NCBI GenBank assembly: GCA_965203465.1
Contig: CBDBCR010000001.1
Span: 736,001-800,000, forward strand
Origin: Nitrosopumilaceae archaeon
GTDB taxonomy: Archaea > Thermoproteota > Nitrososphaeria > Nitrososphaerales > Nitrosopumilaceae
Direction: 5' to 3'
DNA: 64,000 nucleotides
Part shown: piece after piece, positions 10,238-18,681 of the stretch
Layout: the number at the start of each line of letters is the position of its first letter
Numbering within the stretch: position 1 is the stretch's first letter
The notes under the pieces: generated by a model
Told to the model about the DNA's origin: nothing
Seen by the model: the letters and a program-made list of their open reading frames with translations, nothing else
Databases searched by the model: none
Translations under genes and position numbers: made by a program

Positions 10238-12153
10238 TGGCCCCCCGGAACCTCTTCCGCGTGCGCACAGCAGAATATTTGGACGATTACGCGTTTTTGA
10301 AATTGTTTGGCGCCGAAGCATTGGATATATTCAACGCCGATAAAGTTTGGGCACAGATGCAAATAATTAGAAGCTCGCGCGGAGGAGGCAAAACATCGTT
10401 GTTGCGGATTTTTTCCCCGCGTTCTTTAAACCAGATAAAAAACCAAGCGACGTCCCTAAAACCGCTTGTAGACAAACTGGTGGAACTCGGCGTGCTTTCG
10501 GACACACACGAGATCAACATGCTGGGAGTCTCACTCTCGCTGTTTGGAAACTATTCCCTCTTGGAGCATCTGGGCTTTGAGCGGCCACGGCAACAACGTC
10601 TGTTCTTCGCGCTGTTGGCAAGCAAGATCGTCATATCTGCCCTCCGGAGCGTGTGCGAGTTGAAGAAGGCCAAGTTTCCGGACGATCTAATCCGCATACG
10701 CATAGACCGTCCGCCCGATCCGAACATACGCGAATGCGTCCCAGTTCCGTGTGACGGACAACGGCTGTACGAATGGGCGGCGGAAATAGAAAACCGCGTG
10801 TATGCCATCATAGAACAACAGTCGGATTCGGACAAGGATCTGGGCGGGTACGAGACGCTTTCCCTCATACACCTGATCCAGTCTTCCAACCTGTCTTATG
10901 ACGGCAAACGCGTAGCTGAAAAGACGTTGCTGATGTTGGACGACGCACATTGTCTTACTCCTACACAAAGGAAACATCTTGCGCGCGCTTTAACCAACCT
11001 GCGGGTGCCGTTGATATGGGTAGCCGAGAGGCTCGAAGCTTTGAATCCGGAAGACATGCTCTCGCCCGACGGAACCGACGGGAGAGAATGGGGGCCGTCC
11101 TTGATAGTAGAGCAGTTTTGGCGACATAAACGCCGTCGTTCAAAGTTCGTTTCCTTCCTGAAGGCAATATCCAACAAACGCGCAAGTTCGGGAGACTCGG
11201 ACGTGGATTTTTCTGGCATGCTGACTGACGCACTCACACAACATGAGCGTTTCGAAGAAGCGATAGAACAGGAATCCAAACGCATAACTCGAGCGTTCGG
11301 CACAAACCCGCAGTACAAAGAGTGGTTTTCCAACTGCCAAAATTGTAGCGGGAGTCAGTCAGAGAGGGCCATGCAGTGGAGGCTGTTGGAGATAAACATA
11401 GAAAGGCTAAAACACCACAAACAGCAGCTGCTTTTCCCCAACGATCCCTTAGCTGTCGGTCTGCAGACCACGTCTCCGTCTACTAGGCACGTGGCAAATT
11501 TTTACATACGCAAAAAATACAACATTCCGCACTATTATGGTTTCGACAGCCTTGCACGCTTGTCCTCCTCCAACGTGCAGCAGTTTCTTTATTTGGCGGG
11601 TGGCCTTTTTGACCAGATCACGAACGCCCGCATAGCCGGCAGGCCTGTCGAACTATCTCCAAAAAAGCAGGACGAAATACTCACACAGGCGGCGGCCCGG
11701 CGCTGGGACGACATAATACGAATCATAGACGATCAAGCTCTAGAAAACTTTGTAGACAACATGGCCGACTTTTGCACCAAAGAGACGGATCTTCCCAACG
11801 CTCCGTACGACAGCGTTACCGGAATAGCAATATCGACAGAGAATCTCAGGCTCCTGCAAAACCTCCCCCCAAACGGCCATTCTCAACACAGACGGCTGGC
11901 CAGCATTCTGTCCACCTGCTTTGCCCACAACATACTGGAGCCCAGACCGTACGCCAAGCAGGGATCTCCGGGAACCACTCATCTGGTAATGTATCTCAAT
12001 CGACTCTTTTGCATACGCTACAAACTACCGCTTGCGTACGGAGGATGGAGGGAAAAGTCGCTTTCCGATCTGCTGGTTTTCTCACAGACCCGATCCAGCA
12101 GGATCCCGCTCCTAGATCACGTTCAAAGCGAACTGGGGGCGAGCTCCGCGTGA
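10234..12153 (+). CDS. ORC/CDC6-like P-loop ATPase
   Basis: Walker A variant IIRSSRGGGKTSLL, Walker B LLMLDDAH, and a helical/winged-helix-like C-terminus ending YLNRLFCIRYKLPLAYGGW. GTGA overlap with the PRTase gene. Confidence 0.75.
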   Translation: MMAPRNLFRVRTAEYLDDYAFLKLFGAEALDIFNADKVWAQMQIIRSSRGGGKTSLLRIFSPRSLNQIKNQATSLKPLVDKLVELGVLSDTHEINMLGVSLSLFGNYSLLEHLGFERPRQQRLFFALLASKIVISALRSVCELKKAKFPDDLIRIRIDRPPDPNIRECVPVPCDGQRLYEWAAEIENRVYAIIEQQSDSDKDLGGYETLSLIHLIQSSNLSYDGKRVAEKTLLMLDDAHCLTPTQRKHLARALTNLRVPLIWVAERLEALNPEDMLSPDGTDGREWGPSLIVEQFWRHKRRRSKFVSFLKAISNKRASSGDSDVDFSGMLTDALTQHERFEEAIEQESKRITRAFGTNPQYKEWFSNCQNCSGSQSERAMQWRLLEINIERLKHHKQQLLFPNDPLAVGLQTTSPSTRHVANFYIRKKYNIPHYYGFDSLARLSSSNVQQFLYLAGGLFDQITNARIAGRPVELSPKKQDEILTQAAARRWDDIIRIIDDQALENFVDNMADFCTKETDLPNAPYDSVTGIAISTENLRLLQNLPPNGHSQHRRLASILSTCFAHNILEPRPYAKQGSPGTTHLVMYLNRLFCIRYKLPLAYGGWREKSLSDLLVFSQTRSSRIPLLDHVQSELGASSA

Positions 12154-13238
12154 CGGACTACGTTCGGCGTTATTTCGCGCCCAGCGGCCCTGATTTTGAG
12201 GGGTTTTGGAAGGAATACTTGAAGACAGAGCGCCGGATCATGTTCGTGACTGGGCTGGGATTTGATCCGAGATCATTTGACTGCCTCAAAAAAATCATAG
12301 CGTGCAACACCAAATCCACGATCGATTACAGGATCGTCGAATACGACTATTTTATCCAGAACGGCAAGATGAGGGACATGTATGAAAATAACCGGAACGA
12401 ACTGGAAGAAATGGGGTTGCCACAGGCGTCCAAACAACCTATACGCATGCAGGGTGACGAGAACATGACATCCACCGACGCCATCAGGTCAGTTACAGGC
12501 GAAGATCTCTGCACGCATTCTGACATCGTCGTCGACGTCACCTCGATGCCGGTGGGGGCTTATTTCCCGATGATTAAAAGCATCTTGTCCATGATCAAAC
12601 GGTCCGCAGACCCCAAAGTCAGAAAAACCAACCTGCACATAACCGTATCTGAAAACCCCCGCATGGACGCGTCAATACAGGAAACCACCAAAAACGAGAA
12701 ATCCGCGCACATGCACAGGTTTAGCCAGAGTCTTGAAAAAGAGACGATGCGCGGCGTGCCAAAGGTATGGATTCCGGTGCTTGGCGCCAACCAAAAAGAC
12801 CAGTTTGGCAAAATAAAATCCCAGATCACCCCCGCCGAAACCATCCCTGTGCTTCCAATGCCGTCGTCTGATCCGTATGAATCCAGAGACATACTCTTGG
12901 AATACAGCGCGCTTTTCGACGATCTCCAGATCGAGCAAAGAAACGTGGCCTATTCGGACGAACAAAACCCGTCGGAGACGTGCGCAAAAATAATGGCGAT
13001 CGCCAGAGACTACGATCGCCTGTGCGCCACAATGAGAAGATGCGTCGTAGTGATCTCCCCGCTCGCAAACAAGCTGCGTTGCATAGGGTGCCTGATGGCA
13101 GCATGCGACCTGCTTGACGAGGGCATAGATCTAGCAGTCGCATACGTGCCCAACCAATCATACAGCATCAAAGACACTTTTACGAAAAGCCCCAGCACAC
13201 TTTGCACGATATGGCTTGCCGGTGAGTGCTATGAGTGA
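12150..13238 (+). CDS. Hypothetical alpha/beta protein, possibly tandem CARF-like Rossmann domains
   Basis: GTGA overlap with the ATPase stop; 362 aa; motifs FVTGLGFDPR, IVVDVTSMP, WIPVLG and VVISPLANK. The fold call is inference. Confidence 0.6.
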   Translation: MTDYVRRYFAPSGPDFEGFWKEYLKTERRIMFVTGLGFDPRSFDCLKKIIACNTKSTIDYRIVEYDYFIQNGKMRDMYENNRNELEEMGLPQASKQPIRMQGDENMTSTDAIRSVTGEDLCTHSDIVVDVTSMPVGAYFPMIKSILSMIKRSADPKVRKTNLHITVSENPRMDASIQETTKNEKSAHMHRFSQSLEKETMRGVPKVWIPVLGANQKDQFGKIKSQITPAETIPVLPMPSSDPYESRDILLEYSALFDDLQIEQRNVAYSDEQNPSETCAKIMAIARDYDRLCATMRRCVVVISPLANKLRCIGCLMAACDLLDEGIDLAVAYVPNQSYSIKDTFTKSPSTLCTIWLAGECYE

Positions 13239-14235
13239 CGCCGCTAGGCCCGCATGCGTCGGGACGGGTCTGGTGGTACTCGACGCGATTTATGACGCAA
13301 GAGGCGCAGGCCCCAAGTTCTTGGCGGGAGGCTCGTGTGCCAACGTGCTCACGATACTGTCGTACCTGGGATGGGATTCGTACCCGGTGGCGCGACTCGG
13401 AGGCGATCTAGAAGGGAGGCGCGTGATCGCGGACATGAAATCGTGGGGTGTGCACATGGAGTTTGTGCAGACCGAGACTGAATTGGCCACCCCTCGGATC
13501 ATAGAGCAGGTGGGGAGGGGAGGGCGCAAGACGCACAGGTTCCGTTTCACGTGCGACCACGGCCGCCGGCTCCCCCGGCGGAGGCCGTACACCCTCCGGG
13601 CGGCCGGCGAGGCGCTGGCCCGGCTGCCGGCGGCCGGCGTGTTTTACTTTGACCGGGCGGGTCCGGGCGTGCTAAAGATGGCCCTGCGCATGAAGGCCGG
13701 CGGGGCCGTCGTGTTCTTTGAGCCCCACAAGCCCTCAGGCGGCGCGATCTTTGAAAGGTGCCTGCGGGCAGCCGACATAGTCAAGCACTGCGGCGACGCC
13801 ACGGGCAACCCGCAGGTTCCGTTGGAGATACAGACGCTGGGAGGGGACGGCCTGCGGTACAGGACGCGCGGGACGGACTGGGTGAGCATGCATGCCTTTC
13901 CCGTCCGTGACTTGGTAGACACGGCCGGATCGGGCGACTGGCTGTCGGCGGGCCTGATCCACCGCATGTTCGGCGGCGGCTCGTCCAGAATTCCCGCCCG
14001 GCGCGGCATCGAGTCCGCACTCAGATTTGGGGAAGCGTTGGCCGCAGCAAACTGCAGCTTTGTAGGCGGTCGCGGGATGATGTATTCCGTAACGCGGGAT
14101 CGGGCGCTCGGACTGGCAGAAAAGATAGCGTCTAGCCGGATGGCGGTACCCGTCGGCACCAGCACGCTGCGGGCAGGCCGGGCACCCGGATGCAGGGTAT
14201 GCCTATGCGGGACGGCCGACGGGTACCGCCGCTAG
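13231..14235 (+). CDS. PfkB/ribokinase-family carbohydrate kinase
   Basis: GTGLVVLD, AGGSCANV, LGGDLEG, TLGGDG and the anion-hole motif DTAGSGD; overlaps the preceding stop by 8 nt. Confidence 0.85.
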   Translation: MSDAARPACVGTGLVVLDAIYDARGAGPKFLAGGSCANVLTILSYLGWDSYPVARLGGDLEGRRVIADMKSWGVHMEFVQTETELATPRIIEQVGRGGRKTHRFRFTCDHGRRLPRRRPYTLRAAGEALARLPAAGVFYFDRAGPGVLKMALRMKAGGAVVFFEPHKPSGGAIFERCLRAADIVKHCGDATGNPQVPLEIQTLGGDGLRYRTRGTDWVSMHAFPVRDLVDTAGSGDWLSAGLIHRMFGGGSSRIPARRGIESALRFGEALAAANCSFVGGRGMMYSVTRDRALGLAEKIASSRMAVPVGTSTLRAGRAPGCRVCLCGTADGYRR

Positions 14236-14806
14236 GCCCATTCTGGCGTACAGTGCGAATTCCCACCGCGCCGCATGCCGTAAGCACAGGATTTTCGCAA
14301 ATCTGCCCTATCCGGCTGGCAGGCGTTCACGCTGTTTGGGCCTGCTTACGCATACTAACCACACGTGCCAGAATGCTGCATTCAGGCGGCCGGCGCGATG
14401 TGAGCCCGCCCTCGCCGGATCCACCCATCCGGCCCAAAAGCCCGATCCGGGCCGAAAAGCGGCAGCCGCGGAACCTATATCCGAAAACGGCCCGCCCCGG
14501 GCGGCGCCCGGGAAGGAGCGCGCCCGGGCCCCGGTGCCGCATAGGCGACGGCGCAACCGTGGGACTTGGCGTCTATTGCCAACGACCTGACCGCGTGCGA
14601 CGCGCAGGCGCGGCAGAGGGACGCCGGCGCCAAACGGCCAACGAGAGGGGCACGGAGAGGCTCTCGGCCACGGTCTCGTCCGCCCACACGCGCAAGATCA
14701 GGGCGTAGTCGTACCGGACGCTATCTGCAAGCCGCGATCCGGCAGCCTCGGCCTAGCGCGCCTTGTGCGGCCAAACGTTAACATGTTTGGCGCGGCGGGT
14801 GCCGGC

Positions 14807-17800
14807 ATGGATCCCGGAAGCCCGGATGCGCGCCCGGGCCTGTTCCGCCCGGACGAGCCGGCCCCGAGCGTCCGGCAGGACAGGTTCGGCCACGGGGACT
14901 TTGTGGAGTTGCTAAAGTACGTGATCCGCAACGGCGAGGCGCCCCTCAACATAGCCCTCTACGGAAAGTGGGGGGTCGGAAAGTCGAGCATCCTGAAGTT
15001 TTTCCGCACGGAGGTGTCCAGGGACAAGAACCTGAACGACAAGTTCGTCTTCGTGCCCATAGACGTGTGGAAGCTTTCGCCCCGCATACTAAAGCAGGAG
15101 TTTCTGGACGCCCTGAACCAAGAGCTGGGGTCGCTGACCGACGAGGAAATGAACGAGAGGCTCTGGCACCACAAGGAAGAGACCTCTGACCGGAGCGCGT
15201 CGTTGAGAAAAAGATACGCTCTTGCGACTGCGGGCGGCGTTGGGTTATTTGCGGCTTTGGCGGCTGCGAGCCAATATTTTCCCACATATTTTGAAAATCA
15301 TCCGTGGATGTCCTCCTCGTTTCTGATAAGCGTGGTTCCGTTTTTTGTGGCCATGTTGCAGGAGCTTGGAAGACTTTCCAAAAGCGTGGCCAAGTCTAGA
15401 AAGACAATCATCCCGAGGATCGAGTCATACGCGCAGTTCCGAAAACTGTTCGAGGACATAGTCAACGCCAAGAGCGGCAAAAAGCCGATAATCGCCATAG
15501 ACAACCTGGACAGGTGCGACAGCGAATCGGTGGTGGCGATACTGGGCATGATCAAGACGTTCCTGGACGATCCCAAATGCTTCTTTGTCGTGGCCTGCGA
15601 CCAAGACGCGATAATCAAGCACCTGCAGGTAAAGAAGGGGCTGTTCGATCAGAGGTACGCCAAAGAGTTCCTGGGCAAGTTTTTCCAGGTTTCCCTGTAC
15701 ATACCGGACCAGATAAAGGGGCAGCTCTACGAGTACGCCAAATCCCAACTCGGTGCGTTCGAGCCCGATATAGAGTTTGATCCGAACGTGGCCGACATTT
15801 TCGCGAATGCCGGGACCCGGAACCCCAGGAAAATCCGGCAGTTTGTGTACAATTTCGCCATAGCGTACAGGATGGCATCCATCAAGGAAAACGCGGGCGC
15901 CATCGCCAAAGGCACGGTCACCGGGAACGCGCCGTTCCTTGCCAAGATCACGGTGCTCAGGGAAGACTGGCCGGATTTCTTTCAAAAGTTGGAGAAAAAG
16001 CCTGCTCTTTTGAAAAGAATCCAAGAATTCATAGACGGCAGCTCCGAGCACGATTACGACGAAATCTTGAAGCACAACGAAGGCTTGGAGAATTTTCTCA
16101 GATCTACCCGCACGGTAAAATCCGCACAGATTCTGGCCTTTGTGAATCTGAACCAGGAATCGTTCGAGGCCTCGCTGTCGAAACTGGACAGGCTGATTGT
16201 CGCGGTAAACCAGGACGATGCAGAATCCGTGAAGGAAATCGTGCTGGAAGACCCGGAAAAACAGCACGAATATGTCCTGAAATTGTGCAGCTTGGTACAA
16301 GAGTACGTAGAAAATGGAAGAAACTTGGTTGCAGGCAACGCGCTCGGCGTGCTGGTCGACATGCATGGCGTTGTAAACGAAGAATCCAAGGAAAAGATCA
16401 TAGAACTGCTTGACCGGTTCATGGCCGGCAGCGACATGCTCAAAAATCTGCGGACGTTTGATGTCGACGCCCTGTTTTCAATCACGCCCTCTCTGGATTC
16501 AGACACCAAGGAGCGAATCTATCTGGAATACTCGGAAAGCTTGTCCGTGCCGGACGGCGAGTTTTTGATCCTCAAGAAACTCATAGGCAAGGCCCCGTTG
16601 GTCAGCTCTCTTGTCTGCGACAACATAGACCGCAAACTGGGATCGTGGGCGCAAAAAAACGAGAATCTGTTTTATGACATGACGGCGCTGCTGATTGCAA
16701 GTGACGTGCACGCAAAATTCATCAAAGACGACATACTGAGGGGAATAATAGGCGCCGCCAAATCCGGAAAAGACAAATGGACAGAGAGGTACTTGGAGCT
16801 GAAGTATCTTGCCAGGGAAAACGTCAAACGGGCGTTTGTCGAAAGGATGCTTTCGTCAGTCGTGGCAAAGAAAGGAGAAAGTATGCCTGCCGATCACAGA
16901 AAAAAATACGAAACGCTCGGAAAAATGTCCCCGGATGACTTTACGGCAGACGCCGCCAAACACGCGTACGATGTATTGAAAGGTCCGGCTAGGCACTATG
17001 CGGACGCGGGCGACAAGGCACTGGCGGCAGGGATCATCCTGAAGATATACGCAAAACTGGATCCTGCCGACAGGGAAGAGTTTGCGGCCGACGTCTTTGC
17101 CCCGCTGCTAGGACAGAGCGGCCCGCAGAACCTCGCCCCCCTAGCAGAGGTCGTCCGCAAGGAAGGCATCCGGATTCTCGAGCTCGAGGCCGCCGCGGAC
17201 GCTGTCTTTTCCCTGCTGCGAAACGCGCCCTCGCGCGAGTCGGTCGATCTCATGTACGCAGGCGTGCCGGAAGGCAAGTGGGCGGACGTGGAAGAAAAAA
17301 TAGTCCAGATACACGATGCGGACTTCGGCAAGGTCGAGGTTCTTGCGTCCGCGTTCGAGCTGTCTGCCCGCGCGCCCGAAGAGCTGAGGGCGAAGGCTCT
17401 TGGCAGGATGGCACAATCCTGCCAAAGCTTTAGCTGGGTGCAGCAATCGTCAATCCACCGAAAGCTGTCCAAAGCGCTGGGATCTGAAAGCGGTCTTATG
17501 GGCGCGTTCGCCGACGGTCTGTCGTTCGGGCTCGTATCAAACGACCGCTCGGAGATCGACGCGTATCTGGAACTCGCGGGGGAGTGTCTTGGAAAAGTTG
17601 CGGAAACAAAGCGCAGGGAGATATTTTCCGCGCTCTTTGACAAGCTGCAGCAGTATCCCCCGCCAAAGAAAGACCGGAGCATGTTGAAATTCCTGATGTC
17701 TAAAAACAAGAGCATGGATCAGGGCGAGAAGGGGCAATTGGGAGGCGTCGTGATCAAAATCCTACGGACAAACAACAGTTCACTGATAGGGGAAATTCTG

Positions 17801-17935
17801 GACGAGTTTAGCAACCTGGACTTGGGGGACAACAAAGAGCCCGCGTACGAGCTTGTCCGCAAACTGTGCGAGTCTCACGACCAAGACGTCAAGAGCAAGG
17901 CTCTGGAGATCGTGGAAGGGCACGGCCTTCACTAG
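14807..17935 (+). CDS. KAP-family P-loop NTPase with 2-TM insert and long helical C-terminus
   Basis: DRFGH, IALYGKWGVGKSS, two hydrophobic segments, IDNLDRC, FLGKFFQ and NPRKIRQF. Start uncertain (14765, 14783 or 14807). Confidence 0.85.
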   Translation: MDPGSPDARPGLFRPDEPAPSVRQDRFGHGDFVELLKYVIRNGEAPLNIALYGKWGVGKSSILKFFRTEVSRDKNLNDKFVFVPIDVWKLSPRILKQEFLDALNQELGSLTDEEMNERLWHHKEETSDRSASLRKRYALATAGGVGLFAALAAASQYFPTYFENHPWMSSSFLISVVPFFVAMLQELGRLSKSVAKSRKTIIPRIESYAQFRKLFEDIVNAKSGKKPIIAIDNLDRCDSESVVAILGMIKTFLDDPKCFFVVACDQDAIIKHLQVKKGLFDQRYAKEFLGKFFQVSLYIPDQIKGQLYEYAKSQLGAFEPDIEFDPNVADIFANAGTRNPRKIRQFVYNFAIAYRMASIKENAGAIAKGTVTGNAPFLAKITVLREDWPDFFQKLEKKPALLKRIQEFIDGSSEHDYDEILKHNEGLENFLRSTRTVKSAQILAFVNLNQESFEASLSKLDRLIVAVNQDDAESVKEIVLEDPEKQHEYVLKLCSLVQEYVENGRNLVAGNALGVLVDMHGVVNEESKEKIIELLDRFMAGSDMLKNLRTFDVDALFSITPSLDSDTKERIYLEYSESLSVPDGEFLILKKLIGKAPLVSSLVCDNIDRKLGSWAQKNENLFYDMTALLIASDVHAKFIKDDILRGIIGAAKSGKDKWTERYLELKYLARENVKRAFVERMLSSVVAKKGESMPADHRKKYETLGKMSPDDFTADAAKHAYDVLKGPARHYADAGDKALAAGIILKIYAKLDPADREEFAADVFAPLLGQSGPQNLAPLAEVVRKEGIRILELEAAADAVFSLLRNAPSRESVDLMYAGVPEGKWADVEEKIVQIHDADFGKVEVLASAFELSARAPEELRAKALGRMAQSCQSFSWVQQSSIHRKLSKALGSESGLMGAFADGLSFGLVSNDRSEIDAYLELAGECLGKVAETKRREIFSALFDKLQQYPPPKKDRSMLKFLMSKNKSMDQGEKGQLGGVVIKILRTNNSSLIGEILDEFSNLDLGDNKEPAYELVRKLCESHDQDVKSKALEIVEGHGLH

Positions 17936-18168
17936 AACAGGCGCAAACGCACAGGCTCACGTCTGCAAAACGGCGGATCGGCCGCCTGCGCGGGTCGGCG
18001 AACGGGCCGAGAGGCGGCTGCCTGGCCGGGCAGCGCCCGCAACCCGCGCCGCGGCGGGAGGCGGGTAGATTCACCGCCGGCAAACTACACGTGCCGCGCA
18101 AGAGCGCACCACCCCCGCCCTCCGGCAAAACCAACAGTATTATTGCCGCCCCGGACGGCGCGCTCCGC

Positions 18169-18681
18169 ATGGAATACGGCGACTTTTCCGTGGTAAAGGA
18201 CACCTAGGTGGGCGAGGGCACGGTAATACGGGGCCACTGCAACATCTTCGGCTCCAAGATAGGCAGGGACTGCAAGATAGGCCCCATGGCCTACCTCGAG
18301 CCCGGATCCAGCATGGGCGACCGGAGCACGCTGCGCCCCGGGTGCCACATAGGCGACGGCGTCACGATAGGAAACGACGTGTTCGTGGGGCCCGGCGTCT
18401 ATACGACCAACGACCTGTACCCCGCGCCGCTACACGTGCCGCCGCTAAAGACCGACATATGCGACGGGGCCGTGATAGGGGCAGGCGCCATACTGCTGCC
18501 CGTCCGCATAGGGTGCAAGGCGTTCGTGGCCGCCGGCGCGGTGGTCACGCGCGACGTGCCAGATTACGCCGTCGTGGCCGGCTCGCCGGCAAAGGTAATC
18601 GGCAGCACAAAGGATACAGCCTTTGTCGAAAAGCAGAGGATGCGGGACGCCGGCAAGGATCCGAGGGGCCCTACGTCCTAG
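18169..18681 (+). pseudogene. Hexapeptide-repeat sugar N-acetyltransferase (WbpD/WxcM-like) interrupted by an in-frame TAG at codon 13
   Basis: Reads MEYGDFSVVKDT*VGEGTVI..IGNDVFVGPGVYTTND..VAAGAVVTRDVPDYAVVAGSPAKVI. TAG at 18205-18207; TATTATT 24 nt upstream of ATG 18169. Confidence 0.7.

Noticed and set aside
14240-14800. GC-rich intergenic tracts (also 1-340, 39450-39800, 63000-63240) as MITEs or ncRNAs
   Set aside because: I could see only loose word-level similarity (GGATCC, CCGAAAA), with no clear terminal repeats, TSDs or alignable copies. A self-alignment would settle it.
18081-18104. Possible third copy of the 23-bp repeat (CAAACTACACGTGCCGCGCAAGAG; also ATTACACGC near 47261)
   Set aside because: Too many mismatches and indels to distinguish from chance.
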